Under the pieces are notes generated by a model, which saw only the letters and a program-made list of their open reading frames with translations, had not been told where the DNA came from and searched no databases. Made by a program: the position numbers and the translations under genes. Below are positions 9,197 through 22,803 of a DNA stretch of 64,000 nt, piece after piece (positions within the stretch are counted from its first letter, which is position 1; each line of letters begins with the position of its first letter). The DNA lies in assembly GCF_006345805.1 (NCBI RefSeq), contig NC_042997.1, positions 77,810,001-77,874,000 on the forward strand, in the 5' to 3' direction. The DNA is from Octopus sinensis. Taxonomy: Eukaryota.

Positions 9197-10700
9197 CTAC
9201 AAAAAGAAATTAATTACAAATGTCAGTTGCCTTTCTGCCTACACAAGAATAGAAAGAAACAGACATGAAAGAAAGAAGGAAAACAAAATGACTACACAAA
9301 TATCCCAACAAATATCTGACAAATGACAAGAGAAAAGGTAGTGAATTTGTCTTTGTCTCTCCAAAGTATCAAATAGTTGCAGCTGATTCTCATGACAGTA
9401 TCAAAAATGAGTATTCCAGGGGTTTAATCAATGGACCAATGTACTTACTGTAAGAGGCAGAGTATTTCACAGATGTAATCTTCAGATAAAATCAGTATGA
9501 CAATATGTAATGCAGCTGGCTCTTTGGATTTTGAATGTAATTCATTTAATGTACTTATACACACTTTCTATCCATGTAATTTCACTCAAAAGGCTTGCTT
9601 TTGCAGCTCTAATGTGGTGGTAGGAGATACTTGCCCAAGGTGCTGCACAGTGAGATAAAACATGAGACTTCATGATTTCAAAGTAAACTTCTTAATCATC
9701 CAGCCATGTCTGAACCATATCACATTGTATACACTAACACATGTTTATATTATTGTTAGCACACACGCACACGCCCCCCCCCCACACATAAAATCTGATA
9801 GTAAACTGCAAATAATACAGAGGCATGTATATGATCATAGCCATACACAAAATGACTGTTTAAATAAGGAAAGCCGGTAATGGGAAACTGCCATTCAGAA
9901 TGGACACTTCCTTCTGTAAATACAGCATTTCCTGTCTAGAAACCTGATGCTACCACACAACAAGCCAAGCATGATATTCTGTAACACTTAAACAACTGAG
10001 GCATGAAAGCTGTTCTGAATTACTAGTTGAGATAGAATGGATATAGTTGATCAGACAGACAGAAAAAGAAGAAAGAAAGTGAAAGAGAGGAAAGAAAGAG
10101 GGGAAAAAGATGGAGGAAGAAGAGAGAGAAATGAGAGAGCTAAATAGGTTGATGGATGGATATTGATAAATGAATATACATGTAACTTGATGGATAAGTG
10201 TAAGCAGTTGAGTGTGGGGATTAGTTAGAAAGATAGATGCATATACATTAGTAAAATACCCTGATTATACTCTATAAAATACCCTGATTCAAACAAAAAC
10301 ATGTGTGAATGCATACGTATATACATATGTGTGAATGCATATAGGTATCAAAGGACATACATACATGCACAGCAAATCATTTTTAATGATTTTGGAGTTA
10401 TATATTATCCTACTACAATTTTATTACAGAAAACAGGTTATCGTGGTTTTATCTTTGTTTTCATCATAAATAAATAATAATCATCTTTAACATTCTTTGT
10501 TATTGTAATCATGATCATACTACTACTACTACTACTACAATTGGTGACACTATGAGGTTCCAGAACTCCATAGCGTTTTCAAGTAGCTAAAGTGGATTGA
10601 TGAATCACCAATTCTATCAACTGGTTAGTAATCCACCAACATGATGCTATGCATTGGGACTGAACCCAGAAGCATGTTGTTGGGAATTAAACTTCTTATG

Positions 10701-10773
<73 letters not shown>

Positions 10774-11572
10774 ATACATATATATAAACTTCTTATATAT
10801 GTATACACACACATACACATATATATATATGTACACAAACATGCATATATACATGCGTATATACATACATTCATTCCTTCATTATCATGCTTAATGCATG
10901 TGTATTGTTGGACACTTTTAGGCTGTGGTATTTTATCAAGAGAAACTCCCTTTAAGGAGGTAGTGTGTTAAAGATCATAGTTTACTTCAAAACTAGGTGA
11001 AACGAATTGCTTTGGAGGTGAATGAGAACAACAGTTTTCAATATTTTGATGTTATTTCAGCTCCACAGTGCCATATACTCAATTCACCTTCAAGATGAAT
11101 TCAAATCACTGGCTTATAAAATCTATCTGCTGAGGTGCAACAATGCTGCACAAGTAAAATAAAACTCAAGTTTTGAGTTACAAACAGCTCTATCATGGAA
11201 ATATTGATATCACGTACTTAATGTGTGTAGCACTTTTAGGCTACAATATTTCATCCAGAGAAAGTCCTTTTGAAGATGTAACATTTCATAAAACATGAGC
11301 AAGAGCAACAGATATACAATATTTCACTGTTATTTCAGCTCATTGATGTCATAATCTTGATTGGCCTTAAAAGTATTTAACAAAATATATACATTAAATA
11401 TATGACATCAATAATACTTACATTATAGAGCTGCTTCTAACTCAAAATTTTAGTATATATATATACGTAAATATAAGGGAGTTAACGTCAAGTGGTTAAC
11501 TCTAGTGCTAGAAATAGCTCCTTATTCTGGTATAGCCACCGAAGTAGTTTCCACAAAAGAAATAACATTACC

Positions 11573-11613
<41 letters not shown>

Positions 11614-11789
11614 CAAAATAAGCAACAAGAATATCTTCGGTAATTTGGTACAATCATTTCACGCTACATCATTTTATTAAACATTGTAAGTATTACAACA
11701 GTTTTAAAATGTTGAGCAATCATCAGCCGTTTATAGAGGTTTTCCATCAATACATGTAATTATTTTCATGTTAATTAATAACATTATAA

Positions 11790-12470
11790 AGAGGGTAGAT
11801 ATATAGACAGAGATGTTGATTTAAATGTTAAGAACATTAAGGTATTAGAATTTATCTTCTGACTGAAGAATATTCTTTAAGTTATTTTGAACTGCTAGAA
11901 AGTGGGGAGGGATAATTCTGTTGAATGGAGACAAAAGAGATTTTCTATTTATAGAAGTAGGTAGGGGTGAAATAAACGTCAGAAGTTATTCCTAAAGAAA
12001 ATTAAAGTGGAAAGGGGGTTATATTGTCTGTTTACTCCCATTTGGCAATTAGATTTTGTATCAAGAAAACTAGGTCAATGCTAAATGGTCACAGTGACCA
12101 ACCATATACTGAATAGTTATAGAAAATACAGATTCCTTTACACTTATACAAACATATACAAATATGCATCCGATTTAATCTATAAGATTGTACTTGGCTA
12201 GTGGTAGTTGATTATTTTAATAAGTTGGATTAAAAGAGAACTATAAATCTAATATTTAATAATTTTGAAGAAAAAACCTATCATTTATTATGAGTAGGCA
12301 TAATAGCTTGGAGGAGATGCATGTTTTAATGAAGTGGGGCTGTCGGGTAGCTATCTTGATTTCAGACAGCAGAACACTATAATAAGCTTGGCTAAAGCTT
12401 ATTATAGTTCGTTTTTGGATTTGGTTTGCAAGATTCTTTATATGAGTTCGTGTGTTGAGGCATATTCTAT
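11790..12470 (-). mobile_element. Degenerate non-LTR retrotransposon relic (L2/CR1/Jockey-like)
   Basis: ORF 12256-12489 (NLANQIQKRTIISFSQAYYSVLLSE) resembles the EN-RT linker (...K.YY..LI.E). Purine-rich strand bias. Confidence 0.4.
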
Positions 12471-12472
12471 TA

Positions 12473-14267
12473 TGTCTGGGGAGAGTCATTCTCTTTTAGT
12501 GCCTTATTATTTAACACACTCACCGGTAGAATTTCCACTTTTTTTTTCTTATTTTTAAGAAGCCTAACAATAGACTCCCTGTACTTGATACTGAACTTTG
12601 GTTAGAGACTGTGAACAATAGAGTGCATCTCCTCCACTCTTATTACATGAAACCTGTAACTTCAAAATATGTTGTTCACAAGAACTCAGCTTTGTCACAC
12701 AGCATGAAAATTAACATACAAATAGCAGACCTAGTTAGAATAATGAACAATGTGTCCCCATTATGTGAACCCTATGAAATGAAGAAACATATACAGAACT
12801 TCATACACCGCATGCAATTCTCTGGATATGATCAGAAAGATAGGGTTCGGGTATACAGGGGGGATAGAAAGAAATTAGATAACATTATACATAATGATAC
12901 CAGTGATACCTGCCCTAGATATAGAAACAAAGAACTTGTGACAAAGCAAACAGGGTGAACACGTGGTATAAAACCGACAAATATCAAGGAGTGATGTTTG
13001 TAGAGGCCACAGCCCATGGAGAACTAGCCCGTAGATTTAGAAAAGCTCTGAAGGAGACCAAACTCAACATTAAAATTGTTGAAAAGCCAGGGAACTCCAT
13101 CAGATCACAACTATGTAGGACGTACCCGTTTAAGAATACCATATGCACCAATGATAACTGCATGGTATGTAGAATTAGTCCTGCTATTAACTGTAGAACT
13201 CGAAATGTAGTTTACAGCATAAGATGCATAGAAGGTGCTTGTAAGGACATGAACATGATGTACATAGGGGAGACGTCTAGAAGCATTGCGGAACGGATAA
13301 ATGAACATATAAGACAATATGACGACAGAAAACAGTCCTCCATACTCTACCAACGTGCCAAAGACCACCATGGAGGTAACTTGGGTCAACTTGACATCCA
13401 CATCTTGTCCAAGCACCCAAAAGACCCAACACTCAGACAAATACGGGAGTACATCCTTATAAATGAAACCTCCCCAATATTAAATAGGAAATATACACAA
13501 TAAACACCATACCTCCATACCCACAGTTTACACAGGTAGAGTAGAATAGTTAGTGGACTGTTAGGTAGATAAATGTATGTATGTATGTGGGTGTGAGTGT
13601 GTGTGTATGCCCCCATTTTTTTATTCATTTTTTGTTGTTTTTTATATTTTTTAATTTTTTAAATTTTTATTTTTTATTTCTGTATGTAAACATTTAAATA
13701 TGTAAATAAACAGATCAATATACAGACGGATAGGTATATAGACTATATGAACAGACACATATGGAGACACGGATCCACACATATAAAGATGCACATTCAT
13801 ACATACAAACATGGTACATAGTTACATAACACACACACACAGATCTGCACACACAAGGAGACAGAGGTGCATATATATACAGACATGCTCACACACACAA
13901 ACATAGAAAATACACAAACACGGACAGGCAAGCACATAAATATGCAGGATACGTACATACAGATGCACACACATACATACATACATATGCATACACACAC
14001 ATATATACAGACATACACATGCAAACACACACACATACATATGTATATGCATGCATGTATAGGCACACACACACACTGACCCACACACATGTGCACAAAC
14101 AAACAAAAGGGAACGCAGTGTAAATAACGGGCAGAGTCAAAACTATTGAAAAGGTTGCAAGAAGCAACGAAAATTTTAGAAAATAAAAATAAGGAAAAAA
14201 AGTGGAAATTCTACCAGTGAGTGTGGTAAATAATAAGGCACTAAAAGAGAATGACTCTCCCCAGACA
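12473..14267 (+). mobile_element. 5'-truncated PLE of a second clade (Naiad/Neptune-like): thumb + GIY-YIG, frameshifted, flanked by about 85-bp inverted repeats
   Basis: LPVLDTELW, YYMKP..SKYVVH..SAL, NTWYK...VMFVEAT, C....C.VC.......C..RNVVY...C....C...YIGETSRS..ER..EH, ...RQIRE..LI....P.LN. Frameshift near 12955. Inverted repeats at 12473-12557 and 14184-14267. Confidence 0.85.
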
Positions 14268-14332
14268 CAACAGTATATATATATATATATATATAATATA
14301 TATACACACACACATGTATATATATACATGTA

Positions 14333-15403
14333 TCTTTCTTATATATTAAAAGGCAAGTTGTCTGTCTCTGTGTTGTGTGAACCAATTCTACTCCTACAAT
14401 TTTCAACCAAATTTCACCAAATTTGACATGTGTGCTCTCTTTGACTTAGGATGCTTTTTCTTATAATTTTTTCCTAAAAATTCTGTACCCCCAACATAAA
14501 AAGACTACTCTCAATTCACCTAAGATTTGGCTTGAGCTAGCAAAAAAAATTTGACACACACCCAGCTGGAAAGAATCAATACTTTACTTTGTCAGCTGTG
14601 GCGAGCCCTTATCGACTGCTTGCACAGTACTGCCAGCAGTTTGCGAGTTACAATTTGCCTTCGTTTTCATGTGAGCGTTCTTTATCATATAATTATTCCA
14701 ACTTAAACTAGCCACTTCAAAACTCATACCCATAATTAAAAATCCTTAATTCAGTCTGTTTGATTAACATTTTTGCCAACTGCATTTTACTAATTTTCCA
14801 CTATACCTCGATGCAAAAGATCCAATATAGGCCGGCAAGCAAATGCTGCAAAGAAAAGTAAACGTATGCATGCAAATGAATCTGCCGAGGACACTGCCGG
14901 GAGGAACTCTCTCAATGCACTTAGGATGGCTTCAGTGTGAAGAAGGGAAAGTGAAGAGCAGCATTGTGATCGGTTAGCATGTATTGCTGCACAAGCTGCC
15001 CAGAGCAACGAGCAACGTTCAGCACACCAAACAAGAAATGCTTCTTCTACTGCTGCTGTACAAGCTTCAGAGACTGCAGCACAACACGCTGATTGACTTA
15101 CAAAAGATGGTTCCTCAACTGCTGCTGCAGGAGCTGCAGAGACTGCAGCACAATGCACAGTTTGACTTACAAGAGATACTCCTGATGCATGCGCTATGGA
15201 CTACAGGGGAAAGACAACAACGACTGGAGGCTACAACTCAGCGAAGGGCTGCCCGATGTTCCCACTCAAGACCATGCTCCTTGCATTGGTCAAGGACAGC
15301 ATTCAGCTACGATCCTACAATTGACTACAGTAATCACCCTGACGTTCAAATAGGCTGCATGTCCACAATCTGCCAATTCTGTGGAGCTAAACAGTGGCCT
15401 GGA
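14333..15403 (+). mobile_element. Helitron 5' fragment including the degenerate RepHel N-terminus
   Basis: A|TC start followed by TATATATTAAAAG..GTCTGTC. The translation ends AFSYDPTIDYSNHPDVQIGCMSTICQFCGAKQWPG, typical of the RepHel N-terminal zinc-finger region. Confidence 0.8.
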
Positions 15404-18400
15404 GATATAAACAGTAACAATATGGAATCGTAAGATATAATTGCCAACAAAGTGTGGTGTCCTATAAAGGACAGTGCTACTGACGTTTATGGCCCCAGGA
15501 TGATATCTCTTCCAGCTGGCTAACGACGCACAATTTGTGTCCGATTGGTATTGTTTCACTTTTCACACATAATACTGAAATAGTGTAAGAGCTAAGAGAT
15601 TGCTCTGGGCTCTCCTCCCCAAACAAAAAAACAACAATGCAAACAGACAACATTAAAAAAATTCCCCAACTCCACCCCTTTGGCACAGTGTTAGTGGGGA
15701 CGAAATTTGCCAAACCACACCCCATAAACCCAGAAAGAAAAAAAAAAACAAATATTTCTTTCGACTTAAAAACGAAGGAATATTTCGTTTCGTAAAGGCG
15801 CACCATCAAATAAAACTCTTAAGTCTGACGTTCGCTATGCAAAGGTATGTGATGACGGGTTGATGGACAGAACTCTGCAAGAACACCTGAAAAAAAAAGG
15901 ATGTGAATAATATCACCCAAGACAAAGCAGACAGGAAAATAACAATTACCCCGGTAGCCACAACCCAGAGCCCGGGGGTAATGCCGGTAAAAAGCCCAAT
16001 GGCTATGCCTACTAAGGAGAGAGAGAGAAAGGCAGTCAGACAGAAACTGCCATGTCCCTGTCGCAACCGTAAGTAGAAAATTTAATTTTTCTTTCATCAA
16101 TGATTAGGTTGGGCTGTATAAATGTGCGTGGACTGGGATCAAAATGGAAACAAGCTTGTTTCCTGAATGACCTCAGGACACATAGTATAGATGTAGCCAT
16201 TGTAACCGAGTCCAAGATGAGCAGACCTCAAGCGTTCTTACCTCTTCTCAACGGTTACAATAAATTTATTTCTCATAGCCAAAGAAGAGGAGGGTGTGGT
16301 AGTCCTTATAAGGAAGAACTTGGATTTACAGATAAGTACTGTCTTTCTGGACCCAGAAAGTAGGCTGATCATCCTAGATGTAACACCTGTGAGTAAGCAG
16401 TCCTTCAGGCTAGTAGCTGTCTTTGCTCCTAACAACCATAGGCAGTCAGGTTTTTTCCCCAAGACCTGGAGCACTACCTAGTGATGTCAAAAACTGTAGT
16501 TTTATTAGGGGACTTTAACACTATCTTCAATGCACATGTTGATAGTTTTGGCTCAACTGATAGGAAGGGAAATCCTAGCCTCAAGGGTCTACTAGAGAGC
16601 TTTAATCTAGTAGACTGTTGCCGACTGGACAAGCTGAGCGTTCCACAGTGGACGTGGAGTAACAACGACAGCACATGCAGATCGTACTTAAATAGGGTAT
16701 TCGTTAAGGAACAAGATAGGAATACTTTTATTTGTCCACATATTTTTGTTGTGCCTTACACGGATCACAAATTTGTGACATGTGAGGTGCATCTAGATAA
16801 ATGTCACAGACAGGGTCCTGGGTACTAGAAGATGAACAAGTCTATTTTGACTTGTGAAGACTTTCGTACCCGGATTAAAGAATTAGTACAGAGGGCATTA
16901 TGTGGAACCATCATTAATAATAGATGGTGGCACGCCCTCAAAAGAGCCATCCATTCAGAGTCCATTAGATTTAGCAAACAGCTAAGTTTAGACAGGACTA
17001 GAATAGAGAGCGAACTAGTTAAGAACCTAGATGAGGCTGTGGATTCTGGTTCTGCATCTGGAGTGCTGGCAGCTAGAGCGGTCTTGCACCGTCACCTTAA
17101 TGCCAAGCATGAAGGTTGCAGAATCAAAGCTAAGCTACGTGCAGGGAAACGAGAAGGTATGAATGTTGCTGGATGGGCACGCCGAGTGGAGTGTCAGAGA
17201 GGTAAAAATGCCTCTATTAAGTCTTTAACTGATGAACAGGGGCGCAAGATCTATGGACAGGAGGAGATGCAGAAGGTCTTCCACCAGCATTTCGTACGGA
17301 GAGGGCGGTCTGCCTGAGCATGGGGAAGCCTTAAAGGACTTCCTAGCCAGTGGACTGTGACTCTTGGCGAGTGAGGCAAGGTGCTGTGAAGGACCGATCT
17401 CTCCCATGGAGGTAAAAGAGGTGTTGGCTGAGCGTGCCAGGGAAAAGTCACCGGGGCTGGATGGTCTGCCCTATGAGTTTTACCGTAGCATGCCGGACTT
17501 GTTCGGGGGTATACTGGCCAGCATCTATACAAACTGGCAACAGTGCTGAGAGCCAGGGAGTGGTGATGCTGGTCCAGAAAGACCCGAGCAACGGGGATAG
17601 TATTAGTAACTACTGGCCTATAACTCTACTTAATGTAGAGTTAAAGATTTTGGCCAAGGTGCTAGTGAAAAGGTTGATGGCTGTCGTGGAGAAACTTGTC
17701 AAGAAAGCACAGACATGTCGATCCAGGACAATCTTCACCTTGTCTGCTACTCCTTAGACAGGGTGGGTAAATTAGCCGGCAAAGGTGAGGCAATGGTCCA
17801 TTTAAACCAAAGTAAAGCATTTGATAGGGTCGACCATCAGTACCTCGAAGCAGCTAGGCTGGGCCTGGTCTTCTGCGGGTGGATCTCCGCTATGTACAGC
17901 AGCATCAAGTCCACAGTCCAGATAAATAGTTACCTGACGGAGCCATTTTTGATCAAGCATGTCCCTTGTATTGGCTTCTGTATGTGTTGGCTCTTGAGCC
18001 ATTGCTGCAGAAGTTGGTGAGGTTGGGAGGTAAGCCTGATGAAATCGGAGGCGGTAAATCTGTTTCTGCTTATGCGGATGACGTCACCTTCATCGTGTCC
18101 AACGAAGTACAGCTACCTCGTGTAGAAGATGCTATAAGAGGATATGAGGTGGTGGCAAGAGCAAAAGTTAACAAGGACAAGTCAATCAGATTGTGCCTCG
18201 GCACCTGGTGGAGCAAGTCAATATTGGCCAGTGTCGTGGGGCACTGGACCGATGGTCCTGTTAAGTTGCTTGGAGTTTGGTTTGGACTGGACTTCCAGAC
18301 ATTGAAGAATTGGAGCAAGGTGGCAAACAAGCTGCAGGCACTAGTCCGGACTTGGTCCAGAAGACCTCTGTCCTTGAAAGGAAGGGCAGAGGTGATGCAG

Positions 18401-19848
18401 GTGTTTATTGCATCTGTAATCACCTACCGCCTGACTGTTGTCCCTTGCCCTAATTCATAGATAAGCAAGTTGGAACGTCTTCTCTGCTTTTTGTGGAAGG
18501 GAGGAAAGCCATTTGTGAGGCACTCCGCTTGTTGCCAGGAACTGTTAAAGGGTAGGTTAGGGATGCCTTGGTTAATAATGTGCAGACATGCATTGAGGCT
18601 GAGACATCTCTGGCACCACCTGGAAGCTGATAAGGTGTGGAGCCTGCTGGCAGAGGGATTCTTCCCGCAACTGACCACTATGGTAAGATTTAAGCCCGGT
18701 TTCATAAAAAGATGAAACCTGACTCAATGGCAAAAGGAGTGCCAACAGGCACTCATGCTTATCTACAAGGCGGGCAAAGCTGGCAGCAGGGATACCACCT
18801 TGGTGTTCTATAGAGGGCTGGTGGAGTTTAGAAACGATGACATCTTAGGAGGGGCTCTGGAGTTCGACCTGTTTAGCAGGACTGTTAGACCAGGGTATTT
18901 GGATAATTACCAAAAATCCCTAGCTTGGCAGTGCTACAGGAATGCTCTACCTGTTCGCAAAAAGATATCCAGGCACGGAGTTTCAGTGCCACCGACTTGC
19001 CCAAGATGTATGCTGGACGACGAAACCGTCCAGCACACTTTTGTACAATGTTAGGAGCTGTTAAGCTTGATGGTTTTCGTGGAACACATCGCATCTGGGA
19101 AGAGTACGGCTATCGGCTGGATCTATAATAAAGATAGTACCGCCAGCCAGACTCCCAAAGGAAGGTGAGGCATGTTTTCTCTGTACGGTTGCAGTACTGA
19201 AAGAGTGCGTATGGAGAACAAGAATAGGTGTCGCGACAGGATACTTCGTCTCTGACCCCAGTTTGCTAAATTACTTCAGATACCATCTGAAGAGCAAGAT
19301 GGGGCTGGAGAGGAAAACCCTGTCGCGTAGGGTATATGAGCAAAGATGGAAGGATGTGATGAGAAACGTGGGTGCGAGTAACCCAGCTTAATTATTGATG
19401 AAAGGAAAATAGATAGTCGCTATGCCTTGCAGACTGCCGGGTGAATCCGCCTGATTTCATTTTTAATTTAAGAGAAAAAAAGGGTGGTGTCAAAAAGGAA
19501 AAAACAAAGTCAGTTAATTGTACATAAATGAATGTCATTTGTAAATATACTCATCCGAACTCAGATATCATTTTTGTGTGTTCTCTGTGTTTGATTGTAT
19601 AATCATAATGAAAATATTCATTACTAACTGGTGATTAACACACACAGGACAGGTAGCCACTCAGAAACACAAGTCCGTGTGTATCACGTAAGGCTAGAAA
19701 TGGGAGTGACGACCTCCCCTCGCAGTCGTTAGCCAGCTGGAAGAAATGTCTTCCTGGGGCTATAAACGTCAGTAGCACTGTCCTTTATAGGACGCCACAC
19801 TTGGTGAGCAATTATATGTTACGATTCCATATTGCTACTATTTATATC
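15404..19848. mobile_element. Unclassified element bounded by 124-bp inverted repeats (15404-15527 and 19725-19848), containing a Tx1/L1
   Basis: GATATAAACAGTAACAATATGGAATCGTAA...CCAGCTGGCTAACGAC is the reverse complement of 19725-19848, with about 11 mismatches in 124 nt by hand alignment. No TSD evident. Confidence 0.8.
15600..19620 (+). mobile_element. Tx1/L1-like LINE, 5'-truncated in ORF1; ORF2 (about 16100-19391) pseudogenised
   Basis: APE motifs (INVRGL, LLGDFN, YTDHKFV), RT motifs (SPGLDGLPYEFY, NY.PITLLNVELKILAKVL, KAFDRVDH, AYADDVT) and C-terminal CPRC...ETVQH. Many frameshifts and stops. The 5' boundary is approximate. Confidence 0.92.
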
Positions 19849-19860
19849 TTGCTCAGAGAT

Positions 19861-20061
19861 TCTCTTTTACTTGTTTCAGTCATTTGACTGTGGGCACGCT
19901 GGAGCACCGCCTTTATTCGAGCAAATCAACCCCAGGACTTACTCTTTGTAAGCCTAGTACTTATTCTATCGGTTCTTTTTGCCGAACCGCTAAGTTACGG
20001 GGGGCGTAAACACACCAGCATCGGTTGTCAAGTGATGCTGGTAAAACTTAGACACACAAAT

Positions 20062-20092
<31 letters not shown>

Positions 20093-20315
20093 CACACACA
20101 CATATATATATATATACACACACACACATATATATATACACACACATATATATATATACACACACACACATATATATATACACACACACATATATATATA
20201 CACACACACATATATATACACACACACACATATATATACACACACACACACACATATATATACACACACATATATATATACACACACACACATATATATA
20301 CACACACATATATAT

Positions 20316-20358
<43 letters not shown>

Positions 20359-20500
20359 CATATATACGACAGGCTTTTTTCAGTTTCTGTCTACCAAATC
20401 CACTCACAAGGCTTTGGCTATAGAAGGTGCCACGCAGTGGGACTGGACCCGGAACCATGTGGTTCGTAAACTAGCTACTTACCATACAGCCACTCCTACG
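19861..20500 (-). mobile_element. tRNA-derived SINE (family 1) with a long central (CA/TA) microsatellite
   Basis: tRNA-like head (GTGGCTGTATGGTAAGTAG..GGTTCCGGGTCCAGTCCC) and 3' half ending AAATGACTGAAACAAGTAAAAGAG. Other copies at 24433-24830, 27518-28754, 38330-38670, 44860-45055 and 60540-60830. Confidence 0.88.
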
Positions 20501-20576
20501 CCTATATATAATGAAAAGGTTGCAAGACGCAACGAAAATTTTAGGAAAATAAAAATAATTATTTACTATTTATTAC

Positions 20577-20610
<34 letters not shown>

Positions 20611-20877
20611 ATACATACATTCATACATACATACATATGTGTGTGTGTGTAAAGCTAAGTATCGTTAGGAGGAAATTCGATTAAGTCAGGTATCACAACA
20701 ATCACTCTAAAATGTCTGACAAAAGAATAAAATCACACATTACTAACTTTTAAAAAGTCGTGGGCGACGCATTAATGTAATCGAAGATACACTTTGAACA
20801 AAAGCAAGATGGTCAGTCTCATTGGACTGTTGAACCAGGGATAAGACGGATGTAAACAACAAATAACACTTACTTAC

Positions 20878-20917
20878 CGTATATGATTCTGCGTGCTATA
20901 AAAATATTCCATCTTAT
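20878..20917 (-). other. Candidate short exon with a strong donor (could encode MEYFYSTQNHIR)
   Basis: tttttag|ATAAGATGGAATATTTTTATAGCACGCAGAATCATATACG|gtaagtaag, lying in CpG-retaining unique sequence. Confidence 0.3.
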
Positions 20918-22803
20918 CTAAAAATATTGAGAATTTATGATGCTTTCATAATTTATCCGGATTTTCACTGCTTATTTTGGGGACTGGAGAGAGTTGGTGA
21001 TATGTTTGCTAAGTATTCTGTAAGATAAACTCTTCATTTCACAAGTCATGTTTTTTCCATCTTATTTCAATATCATCGTATTCTTTTTTCATAATCTCAA
21101 ACTTAATACATGAAAGGGTTAGAACGTGTATGTATGTGTGTGTGTGTGTGTGTGTGCGTGTGTTTATGTGCGCGCGCGTACGTTTTTATGTGTGTGCGCG
21201 TGCGTAAATGCGGATGTAATTTTACCATTAAACTAATCAACAAATATGTGTAAAAGCTAACACAGACACGCACACTTCCACTCAACGTGTGTGTTACCAC
21301 CGCTAATGTAGATATAGAATATTCTGCTTTATAAATGAAGTTCTATTTCTCCAGTTTGTAAAACTTATATCGTTATAAGTTAGAGAGAAAGTAGATTTTA
21401 GCATTCTGTTGATTAGTCTTGGATTACTGGTTCTGTTGTAAATCTGCATCATATTAAAGCAGTTCCCTTCTGTTGGGGAGCTTCACCATTTTTCTTGTGT
21501 TAGTAGTACTCGGTAAACACATCTCTTCACTGCATACAAAACAATTTAGTTTTATGGTTCGGAGCATTGGTGCTGAATGAACAGAGGGCTAAAGTAAAAG
21601 TAGGGAATAAAAATTGTTTTAGAATAAAATATCAAGAATCTTCCTGTCCTCTTTCCTCCTACTTTTTATCTCGTCTTCGAGTGTTTCTCCAAAATCTGGA
21701 TGGGGTTTTACAGTCAACACTTTATTTTTCTATTTATTTAATTACTTTGTATCTATTTCCAATACATGTCCTCTAACCAAGGTGCCAGCCTACTGCAGCT
21801 TTACTCCCTTACTTTTATTCTGATTTTCTATTTCTCATTCCTTACTTATTTCACCCTCTTTTTCAGTTCTGTTCCCTATTTCCGACTTTTCCGTTCTCCC
21901 TCTCTCTCTCCCTCTCCCTCTCCATCTTCCCCTCTCTCTCCATCTCCCCTTCTCTCTCTCCATCTCCCCCTCTCGCTCTCTCTCTCTGTGCCTCCTCTAC
22001 CTCCTTTACTATGCTAACTTTCCCTTTTATTGTTATTTTGCTTGTCACTGTTTTCTATACGATCATCATCTTTTCTTCACGATCATCATCGTCACTTTTC
22101 TGTCTTGTGTGTGAGAGAGAACAGGATTAGAGATATGACAGAAAGATGAACCAAAGCTCTTCGTTTCATGTTGCTTTATTCTACTCAGCTGAAAATGAGT
22201 GTCAGTGACAGTTGGAGTCAGAGTTAACTCTACAAAGGACTGGCGACTCGTTCAGGAGTGTCTTATGCTCTCCATCTCTTTAACGTCACGAAAAGAGATA
22301 AAGCTCTGGTCAAATGGCCTTGTAAATTCGAAACAGACTTTATTGACCTATTAATCTAAGTCTCAGTCTTTCTTCCTTCTTGATTTTTCATATTCGTCAC
22401 ATTTACTTCTAAGTATTTCATATTTTTCTTCTTTTTCGTAATTTTCTCGTCTAATTTTTTCTTGCCTACCCTCTCCCACAGCTAATCCCTTATGCATTTC
22501 TCACCATTTCTTTTTCCTGTAATTTCTCTTATAGTATTTCAATATATCTTCTTTCCTCCTCTCACATTTTATTTAACTATTGCAAGTTCGTGCTTCCCAT
22601 GTCATTTTATATTCTTTCTTCTCTGACAAGCAATATCTCCCTTATTTATAGTATGTTTCCTCAACACAACTCAGTTTTATCTCCATTTTACCTACATTTT
22701 CTGTCCCCCCCTCTCTCACACACATACATGTGCATGTGCACACACAAATATTATTGTATGTTCTCTCCATTATTAGTTTCTCCTTCAAAATTTTCTCTAC
22801 CTA

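Noticed and set aside
12950-12960. TGA ending ORF 12611-12958 as a possible selenocysteine codon (reported in some Naiad PLEs)
   Set aside because: The homologous protein continues in a different frame, so this is a frameshift, and the Cys positions downstream are ordinary Cys codons.
14790-15433. Ala-rich ORFs as a host gene
   Set aside because: They are the opposite strand and shifted frames of the degenerate Helitron RepHel N-terminus.
19990-20469. Long ORFs rich in YI/VC/HT here and at 6344-6850, 10647-10971, 13797-14329, 32049-32379, 44608-44980 and 48417-48829
   Set aside because: They are translations of (TA)n and (CA)n microsatellites, not genes.
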